From positions 1-55,433 of the forward strand of contig DASSFC010000020.1 in the NCBI GenBank assembly GCA_035694865.1: DNA of 55,433 nucleotides. The letters are read 5' to 3'. This document shows positions 18,348 to 27,334 of this stretch, piece by piece. Positions within the stretch are counted from its first letter, which is position 1. Each line of letters starts with the position of its first letter. A program made the translations under genes and the position numbers. The DNA comes from Candidatus Saccharimonadales bacterium. GTDB taxonomy: Bacteria; Patescibacteriota; Saccharimonadia; Saccharimonadales; UBA10212. Under the pieces are notes generated by a model. That model was not told the origin of the DNA. It searched no databases and saw only the letters and a list, made by a program, of their open reading frames with translations.

Positions 18348-19502
18348 ATGACAGAAAAAAATCTAGTTCAGGAAAATGACCCTCTTTCTTATGAGGCTGC
18401 AGCCGACAATCTATCTTATTTCCTCCACCAAAGAGCGATTGACCCCGAAATTACCTCTGACTATGACTGCCAAGTAATGGCGAGCGTGCCGCTAATGGTC
18501 CAGCTCGAGCCACTGCGCACTAGTCTCGGCACACATTCAGAACGTGATAAATTAGTTTCCTATTTCGAGGCCAACGATTGGCTGCCTAAACAACTCCAGG
18601 AAGCCAACATCGCCGCTATAAAAGGGGTTGATGAGACTTTACGGCGAGCCAGCCACACCTCGCAGGGTGATAAAACCGAAGCCCAAAAAAGTACTCACAA
18701 CGCTGTAAAACGTTACTACTTGGATTCATTACACGATGTTAAGACTCTGAATCTCGTCCGGACGCGCCGAGAGGGCCAACAGATGATTCCCAATATCGGG
18801 AGCCTAAGAGTAACCCGACCGGCCCTGTATACGATAGCCGATATGTTACTGGCGCGCGAATTTCTCGATAAGACACAGTGGGCTAATTCTAACTGGGCAC
18901 AATACACTCACCGCCAAAAATACTGGCGAGGCTTCATGCTATTCGCGGCCCAGTACGGCAAAGATAAAGTATTAAACGACGCTTTTAATCATTTCTATGA
19001 AAAAGCCCAGAATCGCCGGAAATTTTGGTCTGAGGAGTTTGGCAAGATGGACCGCAAAATCGGGCATTTGGTGGCAGAAGGCCTCAAACAAGAGGGGGGT
19101 AGTGTTACCGAAGCAGAGGCGACTACTATTGCCGGTGAACCGGTTGATTGGGGCAATATGATTCCGGAAGGAGCAAAGCAGGATTTGGAGCGGGCCATAG
19201 TGAAATACGCTGATAAGGACACTCAAATCGATAAATATGTTAATGACCAGGGTATGACTCAAGCCAGGGCCGAAGAGATTGTGTTGGGCGGCCGTGCTTT
19301 GCGATACAACGGCCATGTGGTCGGGGTGGAAAGCGAAGAAGACGCTACTTCAGCTCCACCGCGCACCGATGGATCAAAGCAGGCAGGCCGGCGTCCACGC
19401 TATAGGGCCCGATACAAAGATACAACCGATTTCGTGGTTCGCGAGCAGAAGTCCTCTCCGACTTCGGATGAGGCTTCCGGTCCCGAAGAGCCTAGTCCAT
19501 AA
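18348..19502 (+). CDS. Hypothetical 384-aa protein occupying the position usually held by ruvB
   Basis: Long clean ORF with no motif recognised. Basic, low-complexity C-terminus. Confidence 0.6.
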   Translation: MTEKNLVQENDPLSYEAAADNLSYFLHQRAIDPEITSDYDCQVMASVPLMVQLEPLRTSLGTHSERDKLVSYFEANDWLPKQLQEANIAAIKGVDETLRRASHTSQGDKTEAQKSTHNAVKRYYLDSLHDVKTLNLVRTRREGQQMIPNIGSLRVTRPALYTIADMLLAREFLDKTQWANSNWAQYTHRQKYWRGFMLFAAQYGKDKVLNDAFNHFYEKAQNRRKFWSEEFGKMDRKIGHLVAEGLKQEGGSVTEAEATTIAGEPVDWGNMIPEGAKQDLERAIVKYADKDTQIDKYVNDQGMTQARAEEIVLGGRALRYNGHVVGVESEEDATSAPPRTDGSKQAGRRPRYRARYKDTTDFVVREQKSSPTSDEASGPEEPSP

Positions 19503-19510
19503 TAATTGGG

Positions 19511-20461
19511 ATGAGTTTTTTAGAGAGCTTGCCAAGGCCGTTTTTTGTGTTGGCACCGATGGATGATGTGACAGATACGGTTTTCAGGCAAATCATCATC
19601 GATTGCGCCAAGCCTGACTTAATGCTTACCGAGTTTGTTAATGTCGACGGCCTGCAAAGCCCGGGCAGGGAACATCTGCTGCATAAGCTCAAGCTGTCAA
19701 AAAAAGAAAAGCCAGTAATTGCCCAGCTGTGGGGATTAAAGCCGGATAATTTTTATAAGACCACCAAGGAATTGGCTGGGATGGGCTTTGAGGGGGTAGA
19801 CCTTAATATGGGCTGTCCGGTAAAGACTGTTATTAAAAACGGTGCCTGTGCGGCTTTGATAAATAACAGAGGTCTGGCAGGCGAGATAATTGATGCGACG
19901 GCCGAAGCGGCAGGGGATACCCTGCCCGTCTCTGTTAAGACGCGGGTTGGATTTACAACGGTAGACATGAGCTGGATTGAATTCTTGTTAAATAAAAAAA
20001 TACTTAACATGTTAAGTATTCATGCCCGGACGGCCAAGCAAATGTCTAAAGTCCCGCCCGATTATGATTTACTTGGTCAGGCCGTCCAGCTTCGTAATTC
20101 CCTGGCGCCCTCTACTCTAATTGTCGGTAATGGCGACATTATGAACCGGGCCCACGGCGAAATAATCGCTAAAAAATACGATTTGGACGGGGTAATGATC
20201 GGCCGCGGCGTTTTGCATGATCCATTCGCGTTCGCCGCGGCCAGCCCGTGGCCGGAGTGGGGCAAAGACCAGCGGCTGGGATTATTTAAGAAGCACATCG
20301 AGCTGTTCATTGAGACCTATAAGGAGGCCGAACGAAAATTCGAACCACTGCGTAAATTCTGCAAGCTGTATATTAATGGCTTCGAAGATGCATCCAAAAT
20401 GCGGGAATCATTCATGCATACAAATACTGTCGAAGAAGCACTCAAATCACTGACAGCCTAG
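19511..20461 (+). CDS. dus: tRNA-dihydrouridine synthase
   Basis: LAPMDDVTDTVFR, NMGCP and catalytic-loop motifs of the Dus TIM barrel. Confidence 0.9.
   Translation: MSFLESLPRPFFVLAPMDDVTDTVFRQIIIDCAKPDLMLTEFVNVDGLQSPGREHLLHKLKLSKKEKPVIAQLWGLKPDNFYKTTKELAGMGFEGVDLNMGCPVKTVIKNGACAALINNRGLAGEIIDATAEAAGDTLPVSVKTRVGFTTVDMSWIEFLLNKKILNMLSIHARTAKQMSKVPPDYDLLGQAVQLRNSLAPSTLIVGNGDIMNRAHGEIIAKKYDLDGVMIGRGVLHDPFAFAAASPWPEWGKDQRLGLFKKHIELFIETYKEAERKFEPLRKFCKLYINGFEDASKMRESFMHTNTVEEALKSLTA
19999..20020. repeat. Palindrome motif copy (AATACTTAAC-AT-GTTAAGTATT), perfect 10+2+10, inside dus
   Basis: Read directly; it encodes KILNMLSI. Confidence 0.9.
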
Positions 20462-20484
20462 CAGGCTAGCCATATTCTTTAATT

Positions 20485-21042
20485 ATGAGTAGTATAGCTG
20501 AAGCTTTTTCCACGATTGACCGGGCTAATTTTATCCCTGAAAATTTTAAATATATGTCTGGTGCTGATATGCCGCTGCCGATTGGTTACAGCCAGACTAT
20601 CAGTCAGCCGACCACCGTGGAGATGATGCTGGAATGGCTTGATGCCCAACCCGATGAAAAAGTGCTTGACGTCGGTTCGGGTTCGGGCTGGACAACGGCG
20701 CTGCTGTCGATCATCGTTGGGCCGAAGGGACATGTTTACGCCGTAGAACGGATATCGGAGCTGGTCGAGTGCGGCCGCGAAAACGTTGAACGACTCGGTA
20801 TGAGAAACGTCAGTTTTCATCAGGCGGGTAAAGAATTCGGTCTGCCGGCCGAGGCACCATTTAATCGGATTTTAGTCAGCGCCTCGGCCGATAAGCTGCC
20901 CCAGACCCTCATCGACCAGCTTAAACCTGGTGGCAAGCTGGTTATACCAGTCCATAATTCGATTTTTGAGATTTATAAAAACCCGGACTGCGGAATCGAA
21001 TCAACTGAGCATCCGGGATTTGTCTTCGTGCCACTACTTTAA
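20485..21042 (+). CDS. pcm: Protein-L-isoaspartate O-methyltransferase
   Basis: QTISQPTTVEMML and VLDVGSGSGWTTALLS motifs. Confidence 0.9.
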   Translation: MSSIAEAFSTIDRANFIPENFKYMSGADMPLPIGYSQTISQPTTVEMMLEWLDAQPDEKVLDVGSGSGWTTALLSIIVGPKGHVYAVERISELVECGRENVERLGMRNVSFHQAGKEFGLPAEAPFNRILVSASADKLPQTLIDQLKPGGKLVIPVHNSIFEIYKNPDCGIESTEHPGFVFVPLL

Positions 21043-21118
21043 TGGTGGGGGCGCCTGGATTTGAACCAGGGACCAATCGGTTATGAGCCGACTGCTCTAA
21101 CCACTGAGCTACGCCCCC
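21043..21118 (-). tRNA. tRNA with CAT anticodon, probably tRNA-Ile2 (lysidine-dependent), alternatively elongator Met
   Basis: The cloverleaf folds cleanly with a G1-C72 pair. The D arm, variable region and T arm (TTGGTCCCTGGTTCAAATCC) resemble E. coli ileX more than metT. Confidence 0.9.
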
Positions 21119-21121
21119 GCC

Positions 21122-21137
21122 AACAGAGGTAATTATA
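21122..21137 (-). promoter_or_regulatory. Conserved tRNA promoter block TATAAT-TACCTCTGTT (minus strand)
   Basis: The -10 hexamer lies 13 nt upstream of the tRNA 5' end. The same block precedes five other tRNA units. Confidence 0.6.
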
Positions 21138-21155
21138 GCGTATAATGAGCTTTAG

Positions 21156-21611
21156 ATGTTCGACAAAATCCAAACATTACTCAATAGTAAAAAGACCAAG
21201 CAGTTGCTCGAAATACGCAATATCGGCCTCTATATATTTGGCATCGTTGTATTAGCGATTGCCTGGAGCGGCGCTAAGACCGTACAGAGTAATTACGAGC
21301 TGCAAAAGAAAATCACAACCCTGCAGCAGCAAAACGTCGTTTTATCGCTGGAGAACCAGAATAACTCTTTGCAGAACCAGTATTATCAGACCCAGCAGTA
21401 TCTTGAACTTTCAGCGCGGCAAAACCTTGGTTTAGCTGCGCCCGGCGAATCTGTCTTATTAGTTCCGCAAAGCACGGCCCTAAAATATATCGATCCTTCT
21501 ATCGGTCAAAATTCAAGCCAGTCGGCACCGCCTGATACGCGGAAAAGCTATGTAAAGAACCTGGAAGCCTGGCGTGATTTTTTGCTTGGCCGCAAGTCCG
21601 CAACAGATTGA
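21156..21611 (+). CDS. Septum formation initiator (FtsB/DivIC-like)
   Basis: N-terminal TM, a Q/N-rich coiled coil, then ELSARQNLGLAAPGESVLLVP, typical of the family. Confidence 0.65.
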   Translation: MFDKIQTLLNSKKTKQLLEIRNIGLYIFGIVVLAIAWSGAKTVQSNYELQKKITTLQQQNVVLSLENQNNSLQNQYYQTQQYLELSARQNLGLAAPGESVLLVPQSTALKYIDPSIGQNSSQSAPPDTRKSYVKNLEAWRDFLLGRKSATD

Positions 21612-21636
21612 CAAACACCATTTAACAGATTAGAAT
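21608..21636 (+). promoter_or_regulatory. Promoter TTGACA-17 nt-TAGAAT for tRNA-fMet
   Basis: Hexamers at 21608..21613 and 21631..21636. The tRNA starts 17 nt after the -10 box. Confidence 0.6.
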
Positions 21637-21652
21637 ATTGATTCGGTAGTAA

Positions 21653-21727
21653 CGCGGGGTGGAGCAGCGGCAGCTCGCATGGCTCATAACCATGAGGTCG
21701 CAGGTTCGAGTCCTGCCCCCGCTACCA
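21653..21727 (+). tRNA. Initiator tRNA-fMet (CAT), CCA encoded
   Basis: CGCGGGG 5' end with a C1xU72 mismatch and an A11:U24 pair, both initiator hallmarks. Anticodon loop CTCATAA. Confidence 0.9.
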
Positions 21728-21739
21728 AGAGCTATTGTA

Positions 21740-21772
21740 AAAGACCCGGAAATAAATCCGGGTCTTTGTTTG
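21740..21772 (+). terminator. Rho-independent terminator (AAAGACCCGG-aaataaat-CCGGGTCTTT-GTTTG)
   Basis: A 10-bp perfect stem followed by a T-rich tract, directly after tRNA-fMet. Confidence 0.75.
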
Positions 21773-22114
21773 CAATCAGACTGCGTATCGTCTCAACCTT
21801 CTAGCGGTACGCCTAAACCTCCGTTTCTCAAAGAAACTGGTTGTCAGAAGTTCGGCATCCATTTCAGCTAATGTTCCACTGTATAGACTCTTTTCCCTCG
21901 GTTCATTTCTATGTGATAAATAAGCTTGGTCATGATGCCTAAAGCTGTTGTCGTAGTTGTTTTTGGTGTAAGTATGGGACATTTTTGTTGCCTTTCTTGA
22001 CTTAAACTTTATCGAACAATATCCGGCAATTTAGCAACATCCTCCTCCAAATGACGCCCCTATTCATGTCGACTAGATAAGCATAAGTATAGCTATCCGT
22101 ACTTATATAGTATG

Positions 22115-22128
22115 TGTGAACCATCACA
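22115..22128. promoter_or_regulatory. Inverted repeat TGTGA-N4-TCACA about 35 nt upstream of the first Crp/Fnr gene
   Basis: Read directly. The arms equal CRP half-sites, but the spacing is 4, not 6. Confidence 0.3.
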
Positions 22129-22161
22129 TCTTTTAGAGCCTACTGATTATATAGTTAGTAC

Positions 22162-22845
22162 ATGACTACAAGTATGCTGGCGGTTTTGCCAATCCGAAAA
22201 ACTGATGACGAAAGTATTGTGGCCCACTTTAGTGATGGGTCCAGCATGAAATTCTCAAAAAACGAAGGCCTAATACATGCTTATGAGGAACCTCAAGGGG
22301 TGTACCTGATTAAATCTGGGTTTGTTAAAGCATATTCCATATCAAGAAATGGTAGCGAAAATTTATTGTTGATCCATCAGGCCGGTGATTTTATACCGCT
22401 ACCTTGGGCCTTGGACGGGGAGCATACTACAGGCTTACGCTACGAAGCTATGAGTGACGTTAACGTTCTGAGAACGTCTAAGGATAAGCTACGCAGTGCA
22501 TTGGGTGATAATCCTTGGCTAGCCCAACAAGTAATGAGTCAGACCGTAAGCATGCTCGGTTTATATACTCAAAGAATACAAACTTTGGAATATAGGACAG
22601 CCCGAGGCAGGGTTATTTCGGAGTTGATACACTTGGCTGAAAGGTTTGGGAAAACTGGAGAAAAGGAAATTCTTATTAACGCCCCAATAACGCATCAAGA
22701 TATTGCAGATTCAATCAATATGACCCGGGAGACAGCCAGTAGAGCTTTAGAGTTACTCTTCGACGAAGACTTATTGGGCCAGGACGACCACTTTTTTACA
22801 GTGAAGGGATTGAACAAAATGTATAAGGCGCTTGACGCTGCTTAG
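22162..22845 (+). CDS. Crp/Fnr family transcriptional regulator (paralog 1)
   Basis: cNMP-binding-type beta barrel (GVYLIKSGFVKAY) and C-terminal HTH ITHQDIADSINMTRETASRALELL. Confidence 0.8.
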   Translation: MTTSMLAVLPIRKTDDESIVAHFSDGSSMKFSKNEGLIHAYEEPQGVYLIKSGFVKAYSISRNGSENLLLIHQAGDFIPLPWALDGEHTTGLRYEAMSDVNVLRTSKDKLRSALGDNPWLAQQVMSQTVSMLGLYTQRIQTLEYRTARGRVISELIHLAERFGKTGEKEILINAPITHQDIADSINMTRETASRALELLFDEDLLGQDDHFFTVKGLNKMYKALDAA

Positions 22846-23047
22846 CCTGTCCCTGTGGCTAGATTAAACTAACGGGCTAGTTTCTCCTGATAAGCTCTTC
22901 CATCTGCTTAACTCTGCCAAGATAACGTTCCAATTCGAATGGACTAGGGCTACCAAGTTTAAATAACAGATACGGATTGGCAAGAACGCTAATTCGTATT
23001 TTTAATTCATCCGGTTATTTAGGTACCAGTTCTTCTAGGTATGTACC

Positions 23048-23305
23048 TCATTTTTCGGAACGGATTTTAATCATGGTCCGTAAATTTGTGAGGTAGGAAA
23101 TAGGGTTTACTTTAGGATGTCCTCGCAGATACTCAAGGTGCTTTTCTTGAAAGGTTATGAGTCGTACAGATATGCCATCTTCCTTTACCAGGCTCACCCG
23201 AGTATCGAGCTCAGAGTCGTTTTCCATCAGAATGAGCTCCTGCCTAATAGCATCCTCTCCTAGCTGTGCGGCTTTGACAGGTAGTTCCCAATCCCGGCGG
23301 TTCAT
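23048..23305 (-). CDS. Hypothetical 85-aa protein
   Basis: ORF only; low GC and no motif. Confidence 0.4.
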   Translation of the reverse strand: MNRRDWELPVKAAQLGEDAIRQELILMENDSELDTRVSLVKEDGISVRLITFQEKHLEYLRGHPKVNPISYLTNLRTMIKIRSEK

Positions 23306-23371
23306 ATTACTTAACTTTAAGTTGCTTGGGCTTCTTGATTTCTTTACGGCCTCTGTCTTTTGGCATGATTA

Positions 23372-23689
23372 TTACCTTCGGCGTCCGCCGCCATATCCGC
23401 CCTGACTGTTCCCGTGCCCTCTCAAACCGCTCGGTCGGTCTTCCCTGGGCCTGGCTTCGTTAACAGATATCTTACGCCCGTCCAGCTCTTTTTCATTCAG
23501 CTGCTTAATAGCTTCCTTAGCTTCGTCTTCGGAAGACATTTCTACGAACCCGAAACCCTTGGACTGATTTGAAAACTTATCCAATATTACAGATGCTGAC
23601 ACGACTGTACCCGCAGTTGAGAAAAAGTCGTTAAGTTGACTATCGTTAACACTATAGGCAAGTCCGCCTACATATAATTTAGTTGCCAT
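23372..23689 (-). CDS. RRM-type RNA-binding protein with RGG/Gly-rich tail (paralog 1)
   Basis: RNP-2 LYVGGL and RNP-1 KGFGFVEM. The C-terminus reads RGHGNSQGGYGGGRRR. Confidence 0.85.
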   Translation of the reverse strand: MATKLYVGGLAYSVNDSQLNDFFSTAGTVVSASVILDKFSNQSKGFGFVEMSSEDEAKEAIKQLNEKELDGRKISVNEARPREDRPSGLRGHGNSQGGYGGGRRR

Positions 23690-23818
23690 TATTACTCCTT
23701 GTTAATTCGGAGTATCTGGCAATTCCAGTGAGCTGCTCTCCAAACGTCCTTAAATAAATCTAGAACTATCTACATACAGTTAAAGCAGCTTTTTCTAGTA
23801 ATATAAGTTTACCATTTT

Positions 23819-23834
23819 TTGAGTTTTACCTCAA
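23819..23834. promoter_or_regulatory. Palindrome TTGAG-N6-CTCAA in the divergent RRM/cupredoxin intergenic region
   Basis: A 5-N6-5 geometry like Crp/Fnr-family sites. It lies about 130 nt from both start codons. Confidence 0.25.
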
Positions 23835-23961
23835 GTTCCACCAGTACATCTAAAAGTGTTCAGTTAAATATGCAACATGGTATCCAGTTCATCCTGGAAT
23901 CAGCTCCTGCTCAGGAACCTATGATAGTAAAGTAAGTATTACAAATTCTTAGGAGGGGAAA

Positions 23962-24384
23962 ATGAATAAAGCAATCATAGCAATAGTAATCGTTATAATC
24001 ATAGCGGCAGGCGGGTGGGCTATATTTGGCAGGGGAAATAAATCGAATAATTCAATTTATGGTTCATCCAATAAAAATACTGCCCCAGTTAGTAATCAAT
24101 CTAATAATTCGGCTAGCCAAAGCCAGGGGACGGGTTCTGTTAGCATCCAGAACATGATGTTTACGCCGTCTCAAGTAACAGTTGCTAAGGGGGCTAAAGT
24201 AACCTGGACCAATAATGACAGCGTAACCCATACTGTAGTAGATGATTTGTCGAACGTTGGAGGACCAAATAGCGGCGATATTGCGCCTGGTGCGACCTAT
24301 AGCTTTACATTCAACAAGACCGGCTCGTATCAATACCATTGCAGTATCCACCCTTCTATGCGCGGAACAATAGTAGTAAGGTAA
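23962..24384 (+). CDS. Membrane-anchored cupredoxin (plastocyanin/amicyanin-like blue copper protein)
   Basis: N-terminal TM. Type-1 Cu ligand pattern: H (VTHTV) ... C-x2-H-x4-M (YHCSIHPSMRG). Confidence 0.8.
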   Translation: MNKAIIAIVIVIIIAAGGWAIFGRGNKSNNSIYGSSNKNTAPVSNQSNNSASQSQGTGSVSIQNMMFTPSQVTVAKGAKVTWTNNDSVTHTVVDDLSNVGGPNSGDIAPGATYSFTFNKTGSYQYHCSIHPSMRGTIVVR

Positions 24385-24515
24385 GCTTCCAATTGGAATG
24401 ACCAGGCAATCATTTTGCTTATGGTTAAATAAATGCCGCTAGCTTTGTATAGTTAATCGTAATTGACGCCGCTTTTTTGCGGCAGTATATTGTGGAAAAG
24501 GCCGAAATAAGGAAA

Positions 24516-24989
24516 ATGATAAAAATTAAATATCTAAAACTGAATAAAAAGGGCATCACTCAAATCCTGGCTCCACTAGCCTTTGTCGTAATCTTTGCTA
24601 TTGTTGGCAGCATTGTGCTTCTGAAAAGCCACGCAGCGACAAGCAATAGTAATGTAACCTGCAGTGCTAGTGCCAGCCCTAACCCGGTAGATTGGAATTA
24701 CAATTTTCAAGTTAAGTTAACCATCCATAACGGCAAAAGTGTCTATTTTACCCCTTTTGTAGGTTATAACATCATCTATTACACTCCCACTAGCTGGTAC
24801 GGGGGCGGTACTGCAACACAATTCAATATGAATGCAATACCACCGGGTGGGTCCGAGTCATATTATTTTACTAAGCAACTGCCAAAGCCGGACGTTAAAA
24901 TGGTCATCAGTTTTTCAGTCAAATGGGGACAAACCTCGACTACCTACGCAGCTCGCTGTTCGGTAACCATAAATCATAAAATCTTGTAA
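24516..24989 (+). CDS. Hypothetical secreted/anchored beta-rich protein (157 aa)
   Basis: I chose the internal ATG preceded by AAGGAAA. The signal/anchor ILAPLAFVVIFAIVGSIVLLKSHA is followed by a Ser/Thr/Tyr-rich domain. Confidence 0.5.
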   Translation: MIKIKYLKLNKKGITQILAPLAFVVIFAIVGSIVLLKSHAATSNSNVTCSASASPNPVDWNYNFQVKLTIHNGKSVYFTPFVGYNIIYYTPTSWYGGGTATQFNMNAIPPGGSESYYFTKQLPKPDVKMVISFSVKWGQTSTTYAARCSVTINHKIL

Positions 24990-25065
24990 AACTGACGCAA
25001 AAACTTCCATTACATTTCGGCAGAGTAACTTCGAATGGACAAGGGCTGCCGCGGTAAAATTCTGG

Positions 25066-25743
25066 TTAGTCTTGCGTAAGACCCCACAGGTTAAGGGTTA
25101 TCGGTTCGCTGAACTCATGGCTTAACTTTTCTACGTCATTGATTAAGATGTATTTTCCGGAATGGCTAATGATGCCGAGTTTTTCAAGATTTTCAATCTC
25201 GCGACTGACAGTTTCCCGGGCCAGATTAATCGATTGGCTGATAAGTTCATGGGTTAAGGGCGCTTTTATAATTATGGTTTTGCCTTGGTGCTCACCAAAC
25301 CGGCTGGCTAAGAACATCAGCCGGTAGGCTACCTTTTCTGACGCCGTCTTATATTCTAAGTTGTCCAGCCTGTCTGCAAAAACGTAAAATTGTTCGGCCA
25401 GCTGCTTTAATACATCGGTGGCAGCGCCGGCATTATGTTTTATAAACCTCAAAAAATCTTGTTTAGGGACCTCAGTCACCTCTAGTTCGGACAAAGCTTC
25501 GTAGAAGACGCGCCGCAAGATGTCATTAAAAGCCCATATCAACGGAAAAATTTCACCGGTTTTATAAATTATATGGACATAATGGTTGCCGTCATCGCTA
25601 ATCGAATAAACTCTTACGAAGCCCTTCCGGACAATAACTACGCCGGATGGCTCTTCGCCCCTCATAACAATTTCTCCGGCCGAAAACTTCCGTTGCCTCC
25701 CTGAGTCAAAAAATTCCGTCAGTCCTAGGTCAGTTATAGCCAT
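25066..25743 (-). CDS. Crp/Fnr family transcriptional regulator (paralog 2)
   Basis: Beta-barrel sensor (GVVIVRKGFVRVY) and HTH LTHELISQSINLARETVSREIENL. Confidence 0.8.
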   Translation of the reverse strand: MAITDLGLTEFFDSGRQRKFSAGEIVMRGEEPSGVVIVRKGFVRVYSISDDGNHYVHIIYKTGEIFPLIWAFNDILRRVFYEALSELEVTEVPKQDFLRFIKHNAGAATDVLKQLAEQFYVFADRLDNLEYKTASEKVAYRLMFLASRFGEHQGKTIIIKAPLTHELISQSINLARETVSREIENLEKLGIISHSGKYILINDVEKLSHEFSEPITLNLWGLTQD

Positions 25744-25775
25744 CTTAGTATCTCTATTACAATTTTACGCCTTAA

Positions 25776-25791
25776 TGTGACTTGGCGCACA
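25776..25791. promoter_or_regulatory. CRP-type site TGTGA-N6-GCACA in the divergent region between Crp paralog 2 and the 25837 operon
   Basis: 9/10 match to TGTGA-N6-TCACA, 33 nt upstream of the regulator's start codon. Confidence 0.35.
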
Positions 25792-25836
25792 ACGGCCCAC
25801 ATAAACACGTGCCAGGATGGGGGTGGAGGAATTATC

Positions 25837-25935
25837 ATGCGGACACCCACCAACACAACCATAAGTGGGAGGCCGCATGTTTTAATTTGGTCGATCTCCA
25901 AAATAAGAAAGGAGGATTATAGGAATGAGCAATAA
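25837..25935 (+). CDS. Possible 32-aa leader ORF (MRTPTNTTISGRPHVLIWSISKIRKEDYRNEQ)
   Basis: GGAGGA SD 6 nt upstream. The start codon sits in the hairpin ATGCGG..CCCAC/GTGGG..CCGCAT. Its stop overlaps the next ATG by 11 nt. Confidence 0.25.
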   Translation: MRTPTNTTISGRPHVLIWSISKIRKEDYRNEQ

Positions 25936-26149
25936 AGCCGTCTGGAGTGAATACGAATTTTACCGCAGTGAACCGCCGGAACAGAATCATAGTATGACCC
26001 GGTACGAGGAAGACAGGCTGTTAGATAACAGCGCGTTCCTTAAGCACCGGGTCTGGCGGAATATGCGGCATTTCAGACCGCCGCACTCGAGGTTTGGGTC
26101 CTATAAACCAATCCAGAAGTTACATCTGGTAGAAAGGGGCAGGCTATGA
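25925..26149 (+). CDS. Hypothetical 74-aa protein
   Basis: Strong SD AAGGAGG upstream; no motif. Confidence 0.45.
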   Translation: MSNKAVWSEYEFYRSEPPEQNHSMTRYEEDRLLDNSAFLKHRVWRNMRHFRPPHSRFGSYKPIQKLHLVERGRL

Positions 26150-26523
26150 AACTCACTTGGAAAGATGCCTACATCACCCTGTTTGCGGGAGGCGTAGTGG
26201 CCTCGCTGGTCGCGGCCTTACTTGGCTATGACTGGTCACTGTTTGCCAGCTGGAGAGGTGCCGTAGGCACAGTTGGAGCTTTGGGCGTTTTAATGCTTTT
26301 AGCTGAAAACACCGACTTGGCGAACATCAATGCGTGGGGAGTAGTTGAATGGACACTGTTTATCGGTGCCATCGGACTGGCCGTTGCCGGCCTGATTGTT
26401 GTCAGCAAGGTCTTGTTTGTCTTACTGGCCGCCGATATACTCGCCTTTTGGCTGACATCAGTCACCCGGCACATGTTCTCGCATGAATCGCATGTCAGGC
26501 ACATTACCTTCCCGGCGACATAA
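26146..26523 (+). CDS. Hypothetical membrane protein (4 TM)
   Basis: ATGA overlap with the upstream ORF; four hydrophobic helices. Confidence 0.5.
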   Translation: MKLTWKDAYITLFAGGVVASLVAALLGYDWSLFASWRGAVGTVGALGVLMLLAENTDLANINAWGVVEWTLFIGAIGLAVAGLIVVSKVLFVLLAADILAFWLTSVTRHMFSHESHVRHITFPAT

Positions 26524-26588
26524 ATATCAAACTTAACGGCGGCAGATGACCGTCAAAACGGCACCTGCCGCCTAGAAGGGGAAAAATC

Positions 26589-27326
26589 ATGCAAGGCACC
26601 AGCAACACTCCGTTTTTACAAAACGACGTATCGATAATCTTGCAAGGTGTTAAAGTTGCCTTGGCGAAATTCCCGAGGCTGAGGAATCCGGTATCACGGG
26701 CGCGGCTGTTTAAGAATTCAAAAAGTGAGCTGAAAGTTATCAAGCCAAGGCTTTATTATCGGATAGCACCAGCTTTTGAAAGGCCGCAAACCAAGGCAAA
26801 AAGAGTCAAAAGAGAGCTATTAGATGCCGGCGTAACGGTTTATGGTTTGCTCAAAGCTGAAAGCAGGTATCTGCCTAAAATCCTTCACGATAATGAGCAT
26901 ATAGAAGCTGTTATTTATGGTCAGCACAACTCCAGTTCGGCCATGCTGGTGGCAACCGATGAAAGGATTATCTATGTCGACAAGAAGCCAATGGTGGTAA
27001 TGTCCGACGAAGTCAGCTATGAGGTCATATCCGGCGTTGAGTTCGATGTCCACACCCTATTTGCGACGGTCGTACTGCATACACCGGTAAAAAATTACGA
27101 ATTTAAGTGTGTCAACTTACATTGCGCTGAAAAATTCTCCCGTCATATCGAAAAGCACCGCTTGGAGCGTGAGCATAAAGAGCCAGAATCAGTCATAGAA
27201 ATACTGCCGAATAGTGCCAGGAAACCGAAGATTAGCGAAATCCATGAGTTAAACGACATGGCCGGCTATTACTGGCTGCCGACTGATGAGGAAGAACGGC
27301 GCAAGGTTCAGCAAGTGGTTAGTTAG
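26589..27326 (+). CDS. Hypothetical protein with a bacterial PH-like (YokE-like) domain
   Basis: The segment LPKILHDNEHIEAVIYGQ...MLVATDERIIYVDKK resembles bacterial PH-domain proteins. SD GAAGGGGA upstream. Confidence 0.45.
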   Translation: MQGTSNTPFLQNDVSIILQGVKVALAKFPRLRNPVSRARLFKNSKSELKVIKPRLYYRIAPAFERPQTKAKRVKRELLDAGVTVYGLLKAESRYLPKILHDNEHIEAVIYGQHNSSSAMLVATDERIIYVDKKPMVVMSDEVSYEVISGVEFDVHTLFATVVLHTPVKNYEFKCVNLHCAEKFSRHIEKHRLEREHKEPESVIEILPNSARKPKISEIHELNDMAGYYWLPTDEEERRKVQQVVS

Positions 27327-27334
27327 GAATTGTA

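Noticed and set aside
21659-21871. ORFs overlapping tRNA genes: 21659..21871 over tRNA-fMet; 50856..51266 and 50987..51268 over tRNA-Pro; and the N-terminal extensions of 51398..52543 and 53199..53780.
   Set aside because: The tRNA cloverleaves are unambiguous, so the ORFs are read-through artefacts. The two real genes were trimmed to starts downstream of the tRNAs.
21776-21982. A 68-aa minus-strand ORF beside tRNA-fMet as a possible integrase or recombinase remnant marking an island boundary.
   Set aside because: It has no tyrosine- or serine-recombinase motifs, no SD, and no duplicated tRNA 3' segment anywhere in the window. It is probably non-coding AT-rich spacer.
22934-25050. A 21-nt imperfect direct repeat, TTCGAATGGACWAGGGCTRCC, at 22934..22954 and 25030..25050. 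It brackets the RRM/cupredoxin cassette and could be an att-like duplication.
   Set aside because: Only 19/21 positions are identical. About one such match is expected by chance among all position pairs in a 55-kb window, and the flanks do not extend the similarity. It is not significant on its own.
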